DNA from: Eledone cirrhosa
Lineage: Eukaryota
Direction: 5' to 3'
Assembly: GCA_964016885.1 (NCBI GenBank)
Contig: OZ024740.1
Coordinates: 171,988,001-172,052,000, forward strand
DNA length: 64,000 nt
In this document: positions 12,672 to 25,384 of the stretch, one piece after another
Layout of the letters: the number at the start of each line of letters is the position of its first letter
Numbering within the stretch: position 1 is the stretch's first letter
The notes under the pieces: generated by a model
What the model saw: only the letters and a program-made list of their open reading frames with translations
Databases searched by the model: none
Told to the model about the DNA's origin: nothing
Translations under genes and position numbers: made by a program

Positions 12672-12937
12672 GATACAAATCATTATCAACACAGTAATAT
12701 GTGCTTACATAAAACGTAGAAGAGCACACAATGCAATAGTGTACATACATTATTTGCTACAAATTCTATTGTATGCATTAAGAAAGTATGCTTCTTTGTA
12801 TTTACATACATTAACACATATTCAGTCAAGTCAATTTATTACGTGAATATAGACTGTTAACAGTATACAAACTTACAAATAACATATGTACATAGATACA
12901 TCAATACAAACATACATACATACATACGTACACACAG

Positions 12938-12976
<39 letters not shown>

Positions 12977-13049
12977 GACACACACCTACCTATAGTCATG
13001 CATATTCACACACACATACCTAAATACGTGCATATATACCTACATACGT

Positions 13050-13690
13050 ACATACAGGAAATGACTTCAAAATACGATTCACAAAAGAGATAGCGATGCA
13101 AACAAACCACCTAGATATGACAACAAATGCAGAATCTGCAGAATTAATATCGATGATGTCTTCCATATCATAAGCAGCTGTCCAAAGATGTCATCACGGT
13201 ACTATCTGCCTATATGGCATTATGTAGTGGGCCAAACACTATGCAATGGAATCTGTAGAAGGGATGGCTGCGAAAATAAACATATGAAATGTTACAGCAA
13301 TGTGGAGAACATATACATAATATGAAAGAGTACTGATGGAATGTTCCATTCAAAACCTCAATAAAATGCAAACACAACAAATCTGCCGTAGTGATACGGG
13401 ACAGAGAAAAGAAGGCATACACAATAGTGGAAGTTAGTTGTCAAGCAGATGTCAAAGATCACTGAAAAGGAGAGCTAATGAGAAATCTGCAGATACTCTC
13501 CACTGACTATACCTTTAAATGTATACCTGGGATCATTGGGACTCTTGGATACGTTACTAATTGCCTCAGTATAAATCCTGAGAAGCTGGGGTTCACAGAA
13601 CCTGAAAGAACATGGGTAGTTAGGAAGTTACAAGTACAGCCCATTAATGTAACTAAATATATGTAAAACGTTTCAAAATGTTTGCATGTA
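13050..13690 (+). mobile_element. R4/Dong-like (RLE) non-LTR retrotransposon 3' relic
   Basis: CRIC...HII-SCPK knuckle, KHNKS-VVIRD...IVEVSC, IPGIIGTLGYV; flanked by microsatellites. Confidence 0.7.
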
Positions 13691-13846
13691 ATGTTTGTAT
13701 ATACACATGTGTAGACACAGAAACATATGCACGTGTACATATATAACTCAGAACAAGTAGATCCACACATATAATAATATCAATACCTTTGCGCGCGCAC
13801 ACACACACACACACACACGCACACACGCACACACACACTCGCACGC

Positions 13847-13912
<66 letters not shown>

Positions 13913-14062
13913 CACACACACACACACACACACACACACATTTACCTAGTTGATGTTGCCTAAGTTCCAATAAAATAACCCTGAGTCAGTGTCAGAAATC
14001 GGCTCTCTCTGCTGGTGAAAATTTATAAAATAATAAAACCAGTACAAACACACACACACACG

Positions 14063-14109
<47 letters not shown>

Positions 14110-14114
<5 letters not shown>

Positions 14115-14810
14115 AATATATTACACAAATAGAAGTGTGTTACACAGTGAATTGTGTGTAAAGGATTATTACAAGTGATTTTTACCGTTACTGTATAGAA
14201 AACAATATGTACAGGTTTACCAATTAAATAGAAAAAAACCTAAATCAGACTTAAATCACTGAAGTAGAGTTTTAAATTACTAACCTTATAACTATAAGTT
14301 TGCTGATACGAATTAAGTTCGTTTCGCCACAGAAATGTGCAGCTTAACAGCCACAGGTTGATCAGTCAGCAAATGTGGATTCTGTTTACTACACATCTAA
14401 CCTCATGGATAGAGAGAAAGCTAATATACACGCTGCCCAGGGTAGGGCGAAATCACGTGTTATTTGCATCAAATAACGGTTCTCATGGATTGGGGAAAAT
14501 GCTTCTCTACCCATGAGGTTAGATGTCTCGTGAACAGAATCCACATTTGCTGACTGATCAACCTGTGGCTGTTAAGCTGCACATTTCTGTGGCGAAACGA
14601 ACTTAATTCGTATCAACAAACTTATAGTTATAAGGTTAGTAATTTAAAACTCTACTTCAGTGATTTAAGTCTGACTTAGGTTTTTTTCTATTTAATTGCT
14701 AAGCCTGTACATATTGTTTTCTATACAGTAACGGTAAAACTCACTTGTAATAATCCTTTACACACAATTCACTGTGAAACACACTTCTATTTGTGTAATA
14801 TATTTGTATC
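14110..14810. repeat. Foldback element; arms ~14110-14420 and ~14500-14810
   Basis: Near-perfect inverted arms with a few substitutions; left arm starts at (TA)n. Confidence 0.95.
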
Positions 14811-14898
14811 TGAGCTCAGAAGAAAATTCTCTATTCTTCTTTGGGCTAATATTATTATTATTACTGTGAACTGCGGAATACTCTTAATTCCGATCCTA

Positions 14899-14955
<57 letters not shown>

Positions 14956-14960
<5 letters not shown>

Positions 14961-15762
14961 ATACTTTGGGAGGGTCATGTTGCCAATAAGAAACACACGC
15001 ACCAGTTGCTTTCACTTCAATTTATTATAAATTAAATTTATAAATTTAGGAATTTATAAATTTCCGGTTGGTTGGTTGGTTCCACAACCAGACGATTGTT
15101 CATATATTGTCAAAGTTCTTTCGTCACACATTCTGTGACCTCTTCAGTGACTGGGGATTCTTTTCTTTGTTTTTGTGCCTCTCCTTTGTTCTGTCCGACG
15201 CCATCTTGTTTTTGTGTGTTGTGTGCTTAGTTTGCGCATGTGTTACATATTTTAAAAGACGCAATGTTTAGACAAATCACAGAGGCAATAAACATAAATA
15301 AACTCCAACCAAAATTAAATAGAAAGCATGAGTGGAATAGCAACATCACAACTTACAATTAAGGACAAAATGAAAACGCACACACACATAGAACAAACAA
15401 CCAACCAGTAACATGTAAATAAACAAATAAATAAACAAATATAAACACACACAGACACCCCGATGTAACACATGCGCACACTCAGCACACAACGCACACA
15501 AAAACAAGATGGCGTAGGACAGAACAAAGGAGAGGCAGGCACAAAAACAAAGAAAAGAATCCCCAGTCACTGAAGAGGTCACAGAATGTGTGACGAAAGA
15601 ACTTTGACAATATATGAACAATCGTCTGGTTGTGGAACCAACCAACCAACCGGAAATTTATAAATTCCTAAATTTATAAATTTTATTTATAATAAATTGA
15701 AGTGAAAGCACTGGTGCGTGTGTTTCTTATTGGCAACATGACCCTCCCAAAGTATAACAATA
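14956..15762. repeat. Foldback element; arms ~14956-15248 and ~15463-15762, each with a hammerhead-like motif
   Basis: TTGTTATACTTTGGGAGGGTCATG... / ...CATGACCCTCCCAAAGTATAACAA; starts at (TA)n. Confidence 0.95.
15566..15608 (+). ncRNA. Minimal type I hammerhead-like ribozyme (mirror copy 15109-15151 on minus)
   Basis: GUCA-CUGAAGA-G-GUCACA gaaug UGUGAC-GAAA-G aa C-UU-UGAC; stems I and II pair perfectly. Confidence 0.65.
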
Positions 15763-16867
15763 TCGGTTTCAACACACGTTTTCAGATAAAGAATCTTGCT
15801 AAACAAATTCAGAAACGAAATATATATATATATATAATTGAATAAACAAGAGAGATGAACACTAATATAAACATACATGTGTTCGAATCGTAAGGACCAA
15901 GTTTGCTAGGGTGAAAAAATACTAACTACAGCAATATGGTTTGTCAGACTTAATTTTAAGTATTAAATTAAGAAAATAACAGACCTGGTAACAACTAGAC
16001 AGTTTTGGAAACTGTTTCGCAACATCTTATTAAGTGAAGTCCACACTTTTCTCTGCTCCTCGGTATTGTTGAGAAATTAGTGATCCTTCCACTTCTAAAA
16101 ATATTAGAAGACTGAATTGTGTGCGATAAGAAATATCGCACGTGTCTTCGGAACCCAGCTTGTCTCGAAATTCCATGCCGCTAAAAATAGCAGCCTGGTT
16201 AACATGAGATTAAAATTAGCTCTACACGATGGAGCCGATAAATAGACTACTCTGAGTTAGAAACTCAGAGTAGTCTCTTACAATTAAATAGCTCTAAGAA
16301 AAAGGCTTTTCTGAGCCGTGTAATACAATTGAATAAACAAGAAAGATGAACACTAATATGAACATACATGTGATTAGCTATTTTTAGCTTGTTTATTCAA
16401 TTATATTACACGGCTCGATACACGTATAGCAGAACGTTGAACGGAATTTACTTGCGTGTGTATAGGGTTGTGGTTGACCCAATTTTTTTCTAATTTACAT
16501 CGTGAAAATTGAGATTTGACCAATATAACGTTTGTTCTTTTGTAACCTAACTTTCGGTGCATACTGTGTTGGTGTGTATATATTTTTTTTTCTCTGACCT
16601 CGCATCGGTGTGTGTGAGTGAGTGTGTACTCACTAACACTAATTGTGACCGACCAAAATTCTACAGATCTGATGCTGAGATTAGACCTGTCCATCGTCTT
16701 TACAGCTATTGAGAGATAGAGACTTGATAGATTTATGACCCTGACTGAAGACGATAGCAGTTGGCGTGTTTTGGCTGCTGATTCTTCATATGGGGAACAA
16801 AACTCTGGTGAGTGAACATCGTTAGTTTTTCTTCCCTCATATCAAAGATTTGAAGACATTTCATTAT

Positions 16868-16941
16868 TCATCTGATGAGATCACTGATAATCGATCATGA
16901 CCACACGATCGATCTATCCCTTATTGAAACATGTGTCGTGA
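16868..16941 (+). ncRNA. Type I hammerhead-like ribozyme with an enlarged domain II
   Basis: UCAU-CUGAUGAG...GAAAC-AUGU-GUC-GUGA; palindromic ACAUGU at stem III. Confidence 0.6.
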
Positions 16942-17280
16942 TTAAAATGATTGGACATTTATACCATGCCTTCGGATCTTTATTTTGATACAAATACTCC
17001 GTTTTACATCATCTAGCTGTTCGCTTAAATGGAATTGGAGATATACAAAAGCGTGGAGAACTTAATATTGCTAACAAAAGTTTATTGGACCGTATGACAC
17101 AACCAATAATACACCATACTATATAACAACTATATATATATATATATTTAGTAAAGAAATGGCTTCTAAAGGACTAGAACTATTTCATTCGTAGAAAATC
17201 ATCAGGAAAGCCGACTGTCAATATGTTATGGTGGTATTTATACATACATACATATATACGTACATACATACTATTATATA

Positions 17281-17394
<114 letters not shown>

Positions 17395-17411
17395 TATATA
17401 TATATAATAGT

Positions 17412-17748
17412 AATAATAATGATATAGGGAAACAAAGAATCAGTGTTGCATCATATACATATTTAATTACATATTACATATGTTTCATTTTCGATCACCT
17501 CGAGGAACGATCGATTAATGATCGATCCTGACTCTGGAATCGGAAGCTTCTCAGATATGTGTTCACATGTAGAACTCGTGCCTAAAAGTCTTCATGTGAA
17601 CACATAACCGAGGAGCTTCCGATCCAGAGTCAGGATCGATCATTAATCGATCGTTCCTCGATCTGATCGACAGTGAAACATATGTAATATGTAACTAAAT
17701 ATGTATATGATACAACACTGAGTCTTTGTTCCTTTATATTATTATTAT
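17412..17748. repeat. Foldback (arms ~157 bp, ~23 bp spacer) with a degenerate hammerhead in each arm
   Basis: Left arm (minus) CAUAU-CUGAGAAG...GAAAC-AUAU-GUA-AUAUG; right arm has CCGAGGAG; implied consensus CUGAGGAG. Confidence 0.9.
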
Positions 17749-17867
17749 TGATACTCTGCTCCCCACGAGCATCGAGTGCTCATCTTGGCATACCGTCTAT
17801 ACGGATGCAATTAATTTGCACCTCTAATACCTATATAAATAAATATATCTATATATCTATCTATCTA

Positions 17868-17909
<42 letters not shown>

Positions 17910-17910
17910 G

Positions 17911-17988
<78 letters not shown>

Positions 17989-19069
17989 AGTTGAACTGTA
18001 ACTTCATTCTTCATATTCAGCCAATGAAAATTTCGACTGACCCTCGTTAAAGTAGAGGATTGAAGAAATTGGGAGGAGAAAACTTTACAGCTTGGCTGAA
18101 CACACCATATCTCAGCTGCATCTTGAATGCAGGATGGTGAAAACGTTGTCGGGAGGAACAATCAGCGATTATGTATGACATTTTTGTGTTAATTTTACAC
18201 AATGTTAGTTATACAAATGTGCAGAGCCAATTTATTTAGTTAATATTCATCTTTCCACTAAAACTATGAATAACAAACTTTCTTCAAATTTCCGTCAACG
18301 CTCTAGATAATTCTTTCCACCGTTTTCATCTCTCACTCCCCCTCCCTCTCTCTCACTCTCTCCCTCTCTCTCCACGTTCTTCTTTCTCACGCTCTTCATA
18401 TGACACCAATGGGCTCAACATTTCACGACCACTGATGCATTATTGATATTTGCTAACAAAAGAAAAGGGAGCGAAACTATACCAGTGAAATGCACACTCA
18501 GTTCCATTCAATTAAAGCGTCATTAACTGAATAATTTGATTTCCGTTTGTTCATTATGTTTATGTTTAAATTCTAACTACAAGTTGATTTTTTTTCTTCA
18601 CATTTGTAACGATGTCTATGTGTCGTGACTAAATAAATTTGGGTAAGGCGGAGGTGAGAATACATTTTTTTTTTCGGTATTCGTGTCTTTGTGAAATTTG
18701 TAAGCAAAGTCGGGCAAAGGAAAGAAAAAAAAATGTGTTAATAGATTTGTAATGAAAAGAAAGCAGTGCATGGCCAAACAAATATCTTCAATTGAGGAAA
18801 TACTCGACAAAACTTTGGTTCTAGTTATTGTTTAGTTCAAAGCTAGTCTTATTCGAGCGGACTTTTACTGATTTCAGTCATAAGACTGCAACCAAACTAT
18901 GACACAACTGCCAAGGGATTCTAGGCGATCAAATTGACACTAATATTTTTTTTTAATCTGGTACATATTTTATCGATCTTTTTTATCGAACCACTAGATT
19001 ACAGGACATTAACAAGCAGTAAAAGGAACCTCACACAAACACATATATATATATATGACGAACCTCTAC

Positions 19070-19312
19070 ACAGTTTACATCTTCCAAATTTCAGTCACAA
19101 GGCATTAATCAACCCGACACTACAAGTAGAAGACACTCGCATAAGGTGCCACGCAATGTGACTGAATCTGAAAATACATAGTTGCAAAACTAACTTATTA
19201 ACTACGCAATCATGCCTATACTGGGATTTAAACTCAGATCATAAAAGGCCGTAACTCTATGCTGCAAAGCATGGCGTCCGACCCTCTACCGATACTGCCA
19301 ATCCACCGCCCT
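19070..19312 (-). repeat. Two tRNA-derived SINE fragments
   Basis: Similar to 23860-23995 and to 23345-23522. Confidence 0.6.
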
Positions 19313-19982
19313 CTGAAACTCGATAATAATAAGCACACAAAATAACATTTCATTTCCTATCTCAAAAACCGTAAGACGCATGAGAAAATGGGAATAAAAT
19401 GGTAAACAACCGGTCAGTTCCAGACGGATAAACCATATTTCATTTCTTTGTTCCTTCGTATCAAATTATTTCACATTGATTCTTCACTGATAATTTTGTG
19501 CAATGTATATCATAGACTTGCAAATTAGTGATATCTGTATTCGAATATTACCATGTTAAGGAATAAATATCTCCTATTCCAAGATTAAATGCCATAGCAG
19601 TCCTCTGGTCATCCAGGCTTCACTCTTACTATATCCCACGTAAATATTTCATTAAATATCACCAATCACTATAAAATAAAACGTAGTTTCATCCATTCTA
19701 GAGCTATGCACTGACCTGAGTAGGTAAAACAACTGCCTCTGCAGTGCGGTGAGCCTCCAAAAATTGATTTATCACCGCTGAAATTTTAAAATTACCTTCT
19801 CTGATTGAAATTTTAAAATTTCCTTCTCTGATTGAATGCCCCCATCCAAAGGATGCCCGGGTCCAAAGCGCCGTCGCCCACCCCTCTAAACGCTACTGGA
19901 CACACCAAAGCAGTAGGAACAGTAGTAGCAGTAGCAACAGCAACAATAGCAGCAGCAACAGGAGCAGCAGCAGTAGCAGTAA

Positions 19983-20038
<56 letters not shown>

Positions 20039-20263
20039 ATCAGTGTTCCAAAATCGGTGCTGGGCAGTCGTCTTGGTTAAATTTTATGTTTTCTGGTTCA
20101 CTGCACCGTAGTCATGTGCTATCTAGTGATATACCATTTGCTACTGTCCCATGGAGCTAGTGATATCGACTTTAAAAAACCGAAACCACAAGAAGCTCTA
20201 GCGGTGGATTGATGAGAAGGGACTGTTCTGTGTTTCGTTCGTTTTTTCGTTGTCTTCACCCAC

Positions 20264-20360
<97 letters not shown>

Positions 20361-20508
20361 CCAGTATGTATTAATGATGATTTCTTTCATGAAACAGTTA
20401 TGGTCCTGTAGAAGCCATTTCTATATTAAATTTGATGCTTACACTCTACTAATGTAATGAGTTCCTTACTTACTGTGGTTACGCTCGATTGAACCCGGGA
20501 CTCATATA

Positions 20509-20580
<72 letters not shown>

Positions 20581-20753
20581 GATACTATTTATAGTTATGT
20601 ATATACTATAAACAACTATAAACAGGAAAGGTCAGTAATTTATTACTACCTTATTACCAGTAAGAGCAATAGCTCAATGTAAGAACATCAGGTGTTTTAC
20701 AGAGCAGGAATATAAATTACACAATTATCAAAGTTATGTTCAAATCATTTTAT

Positions 20754-20800
20754 TGCTGACAATCATTTCTTCCAAACTTTCGTTTGGAATCATCGGAGCA
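20754..20800 (-). ncRNA. Type I hammerhead-like ribozyme, CCGAUGA core variant
   Basis: UGCU-CCGAUGA-UUCCAAAC gaaa GUUUGGAA-GAAAU gauu GUC-AGCA. Confidence 0.7.
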
Positions 20801-21880
20801 TTAGCAATGTTTGTACATATAATTAACCTCCTATTCAACTGAACAATCATATAGATACATATATATAGATGTTGTGAACAACAGTTCCGTATTTACAGGG
20901 TGGAATGGATGCGACAAATATTATACGAGAATTGTACAATAATTCAAATTAAAATTAAAAGCACAGAGTGGAATACGTGCAACAGATAATACAAGGGAAT
21001 AGTCTAATAATTAAAGAGGCATTGAGGAAGAATGGAGGACACTAGCGGTACATATGCAAGCATTAGAGAGTGCACATGCGTTAGACATATATATGAAGGA
21101 AACAAGCAAAGGTATTAGGCATAAATAAATACTGTATGGTAAAGGTATCACATAAAATAACACAGGTATACAAGCATATCAAGCAAATGTGTTAGTGTAT
21201 TAAAATTATGGTGGATGTAATGTGATGATTGTTTCTGTAGTGTTCAAATGTGTATGTGTTGAGAGTATCAAAGTTATTGTTATCTTTTCCATTACACATG
21301 TTAAATTATATTTTAGTTAATGTTTATATTGAATGTTTTTAGTTAGTTAGAGCAATGGATTGTAAATTGGTTTTATTGTATTCTTATCCATAGATTAGAG
21401 TTGTTCTACAGCGAGTTTTTTTAACGGTTTAATTTCCGGAAGTGAGTATGAGATCCAAAATTAAGCTAATGCGTAAGGGGAGGTAACTAGCTAATTAAAT
21501 TAAATTAAATTATATAGGAAAGTATCAATTATTAAAATTCTTTGCTCTAATATACATTATATTGTGTTACAAGTGAATCCCTTCTATTTAATGTTATTTA
21601 TTTATATTTACTTTTAAATACAGTCTATTTTCATATAAAACATTAAAGATCTCATTACATTGTTATCTATCCATTACTGGACAAGATATAAGTTATGGAA
21701 AAATGTATAACTGTTTACAGGTCCAATTAGTTAAATCTCTTGTGTTATTAATACACATTATATTATATTATTCCATTCCACCCTGTAAATACGAAACTGT
21801 TGTTCGCAACATCAATATATATGTATCTATATGATTGTTCAGTTGAATAGGAGGTTTATTATATGTACAAACATTGCTAA

Positions 21881-21927
21881 TGCTCCGATGATTCCAAACG
21901 AAAGTTTGGAAGAAACGATTGTCAGCA
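21881..21927 (+). ncRNA. Type I hammerhead-like ribozyme, CCGAUGA core variant
   Basis: UGCU-CCGAUGA-UUCCAAAC GAAA GUUUGGAA-GAAAC gauu GUC-AGCA; 8-bp stem II with a GAAA tetraloop. Confidence 0.75.
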
Positions 21928-22026
21928 ATAAAATGATTTGAACATAACTTTGATAATTGTGTAATTTATATATATATTTATATATATATATTTAAAAAAA
22001 TAGAGGTGTAACACAGGAGTTGTGAT

Positions 22027-22336
22027 ATATTAGTAAAAGGAAAAGAAAATGCTGACAAATTTTTCCCAGTGAATAATGGTTTAATTAGGAATAAGTATAA
22101 ATTAGCAATAAGTTTTTACCGGTTAACAGGAAGAATTTCCAAAACTGATCAGATTAGAGCAAACATCACGAGCGCTCTATCTCAACATTATTTTTGAAAA
22201 GCATTAGAAATGCACAACCGGTAAAAACTTAAAACTAAAACTGAATACTAACCAATACTTATTGCTAATTTATACTTATTCCTAATTAAACTATTTTTCA
22301 CTGGGAAAAATTTGTCAGCATTTTCTTTTCCTTTTA

Positions 22337-22343
<7 letters not shown>
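22027..22343. repeat. Foldback (arms ~22027-22123 and ~22214-22343) with a degenerate hammerhead at 22191-22227
   Basis: Inverted arms; TGAAAA-GCATT aga AATGC-ACAACCGGTA-AAAA; ends in (TA)n. Confidence 0.85.
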
Positions 22344-22373
<30 letters not shown>

Positions 22374-22707
22374 CAAATCATTTAAAAACATGTAAATATT
22401 AATTGAAAATCCGAGAGAAACAAACGGGGAATTTGAATTGTAGACTAGCATAGCTCGGAGTTTTAAAACACTGCTCATTGGGGAGACTACGGAATATGGA
22501 AGACAATGCTTACATTCTCAAATCAACAAGTCGTCAGTAAGATAATTTAGATAGATAAATTCTGTCCTTGGAAACCAGCAAGATGTATTTTATACCTGCG
22601 ATCAGGCGGGGGGGGGGGGGGGGGGGGAGCAAAGTGATTACAAAATTAGGGAGTCAGATGCAGGAAGGTTCTTGAATAATTAATTAATAATAATACTTAA
22701 ATGGGTA

Positions 22708-22744
<37 letters not shown>

Positions 22745-23224
22745 GCACGCACATTTAGGAGAGTGGGCTTATGTTTATCTAAATGTGAGTATATGTTTAA
22801 GTCGATTCTCACGACAAAACGAAAAACAAATCTTTAAGTCTCACTTAACATTCTTCCTTTAAATTTTAATAGACAATTTCCCCTCCAACAATGACGAAAT
22901 ACACCATTTATATTATATATTTATTTAGCAATCCCAGCCTCCTGGCGAACAGACCAAATAAATACTTATTCGGTGTCTTCGTTTTGGCGATCCCGTTTTT
23001 GCCCTCCGACTTTCCGCATATATTAACGCAATATCGTCACACCTCTAACCATGGACTTATTTCATAAACGCGTGGTTATCGTTTACGTAGGAAGAACTTT
23101 AAATATAAGGAACAATCTGGAATCCGAGGGAACTGGTCATTGTTTATAGATGAGTTCACTAAGTTCAATTACCGTGAGGAGTTGAATAACCTAACGTTTT
23201 GGAGCTCTTGTCTTTAGTCTAAGC

Positions 23225-23714
23225 CAAAGATTCTCAAACTTTTTGGGCCACCACCCCCTCACGGCCACGACTTTATCTACAGAGAGACCAGCCTACACGC
23301 AAATTGTAAATAATAGATAAAATTGTTACTTTATGTATAATAAATAATTGTTTCTACTTTAGGCACAAGGCCAGCAATTACCCAGTACATTACTGGTACT
23401 TTATTTTATCGACCCCGTAAGGATGAAAGGCAAAGTTAACCTCGGCGGGATTTGAACTCAGACTGTAAAGAGACGTAACTATGCTAGAAAGCATGGCGTC
23501 GGACCCTCTACCGATACTGCCCTGTATAATAAATAATATTACATATGTATAAATATTATATATTTTTATTTCACTATATTTATATATATAAGTATCATGT
23601 GATATTTAATATACTATTATATCATCTCTATCGCTCCCTTGCGCCCCATCGCCACGTGGACTTTCTCAACTGGGGGGGGGGGGGTATCAGTAGCGTCCAA
23701 TTTGAGAACCGCTG
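23225..23714 (+). mobile_element. hAT MITE with a nested SINE
   Basis: TIRs CAAAGATTCTCAAAC / TTTGAGAACCGCTG; exact 8-bp TSD GTCTAAGC (23217-23224, 23715-23722). Confidence 0.88.
23349..23522 (-). repeat. tRNA-derived SINE with a 15-bp TSD
   Basis: B-box GAGTTCAAATCCC on minus; TSD TGTATAATAAATAAT. Confidence 0.85.
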
Positions 23715-23794
23715 GTCTAAGCATTCTAAGTATAAAGAAGACACAGAGGGAAAATGGAAAGAGAATGAGAGAGAGAGGAGGGAGAAGAAAGCGA

Positions 23795-23841
<47 letters not shown>

Positions 23842-23859
23842 GGCGAGGATAAGCAAAAT

Positions 23860-23996
23860 TGAGTGGTTAAGGAGATCGCTTCGTAACCAGTTGGTTCTGG
23901 ATTCAGTCACGCCGTGTAGTACCGTGGGAAAGTGTTTTCTACTATAGCCTCAGGTTGACCTATGCCTTGTGAATGTAATTTGATAGACAGAAACTA
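23860..23996 (+). repeat. tRNA-derived SINE of a second family (octopus OK-like; related copies ~53935-54080 and ~60280-60350)
   Basis: GTGGTTAAG...GGATTCAGTC...GGGAAAGTGTTTTCTACTATAGCCTC...GCCTTGTGA. Confidence 0.6.
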
Positions 23997-24466
23997 GTTA
24001 GATAATCCGTCACTTGACTTATAGGCGCTATTAGCGAAGTCCACTCTGCGGCAAGAGTTAGGACAATGTCTCTGGTTTGAGGATACTTTCCTCGTTTTTC
24101 CTTCACAGAGTTTCACACACACCTTGAGGATATATATTTCAATACAATAGTGATGGTTTCATTAATTGACGTGTGCTGAACTGGAACTTTATAATGAGTG
24201 GGCTGATATATTTTCTAGTGTTTGAATAAAAGAAAGCCTGGTCTTCGAGATGTTATTTTAGGAAATGTTATCACCATAAAAGACGGTCATTTGAGATTAT
24301 CAGGTCCGGTATTTGTATTAACTTTGAGAGCTTTACATCTGATGATGATGATGATGGAGTCTCAGATACCATAATTAAGGTGGCATATTGTGATTATAGG
24401 GAACATTGACCAAATACGGACTCTCTTGTTAGATCATGGAATATGAGAATATGACAAATTCTAGAT

Positions 24467-24870
24467 CAGAGTTTCTCAAAGTGAGAAGGCCCAGGTGGCG
24501 CCGGAGCCTAAGGGGGCAGTGGGGGCAGTAGAGATGATATAATACTATATTAAATATCAAATGATACATATTATATATAGATATAGTAAAATAAAAAAAA
24601 TATATAATATTTATTTATACATAGTATATATTGTATTATTCTGAGTTCAAATCCCGCCGAGGTTGACTTTGCCTTTCATCCTTACAGGGTCGATAAAATA
24701 AAGTACCAGTAATGCACTGGGTAATTGCTGGCCTTGTGCATAAAGTAGAAACAATTATTTATTGTATATTATTTACAATTTGCGTGTAGACAGGTCTCTC
24801 TGGAAATAGGGTTGGGAGCACTGAGGGTATTACGTGGCCGTGAGTGGGGGAAGAAGTTTGAGAACCTCTG
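24467..24870 (-). mobile_element. hAT MITE (same family as 23225-23714, opposite orientation) with a nested SINE at 24641-24765
   Basis: TIRs CAGAGTTTCTCAAA / TTTGAGAACCTCTG; exact TSD TTCTAGAT (24459-24466, 24871-24878). Confidence 0.88.
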
Positions 24871-25129
24871 TTCTAGATGTTTGGCATAAACAAATTCTGA
24901 GACGTAGTTTTTGGTGCCACGTGAGTGCTCTTGATAAATCATAATGATAAAAATATATGTACTTCACTCTTTAATAGATTACCTGATGAAACATTGATTG
25001 ACTATGATGACCCCTTCTGCACAGAATCTATCCAGTTCAAAAATACTTCTGTTCCCACTACCAGTGGAAAATACTTTTTTTTATGTGAAAACGTGTTCTC
25101 GTGTATGATTTGGTAATTGTTGTAGAATT

Positions 25130-25209
<80 letters not shown>

Positions 25210-25325
25210 GTATATATATATATATATATATGTGCGTGTGTGTGAGTGTGTGTGTAAAAGGTAAATAGAAATAACACAATCGGTACAGTATATGGAAGGG
25301 ATATATTAGGTTAATGCTTAGAGGG

Positions 25326-25360
25326 TCTTAACGTTTCGGACGGTAGTCCTTCATCGAGGG
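25326..25360 (-). ncRNA. Degenerate Penelope-type hammerhead
   Basis: UCGAUGAA-GGAC uacc GUCC-GAAACGUUA. Confidence 0.4.
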
Positions 25361-25384
25361 TTTGACCAGTCATACTGTAACCAG

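Larger units (their letters stand above)
20578..21970. mobile_element. Penelope/retrozyme-like AT-rich element with inverted partial terminal repeat (20707-20908 vs 21771-21970)
   Basis: Inverted ~200 bp terminal repeat containing a hammerhead; (TA)n at both ends; second copy at 28735-30152. Confidence 0.8.

Noticed and set aside
23860-23930. tRNA gene (also ~44630 and ~47030)
   Set aside because: Only A/B-box-like heads continuing into SINE bodies; no cloverleaf
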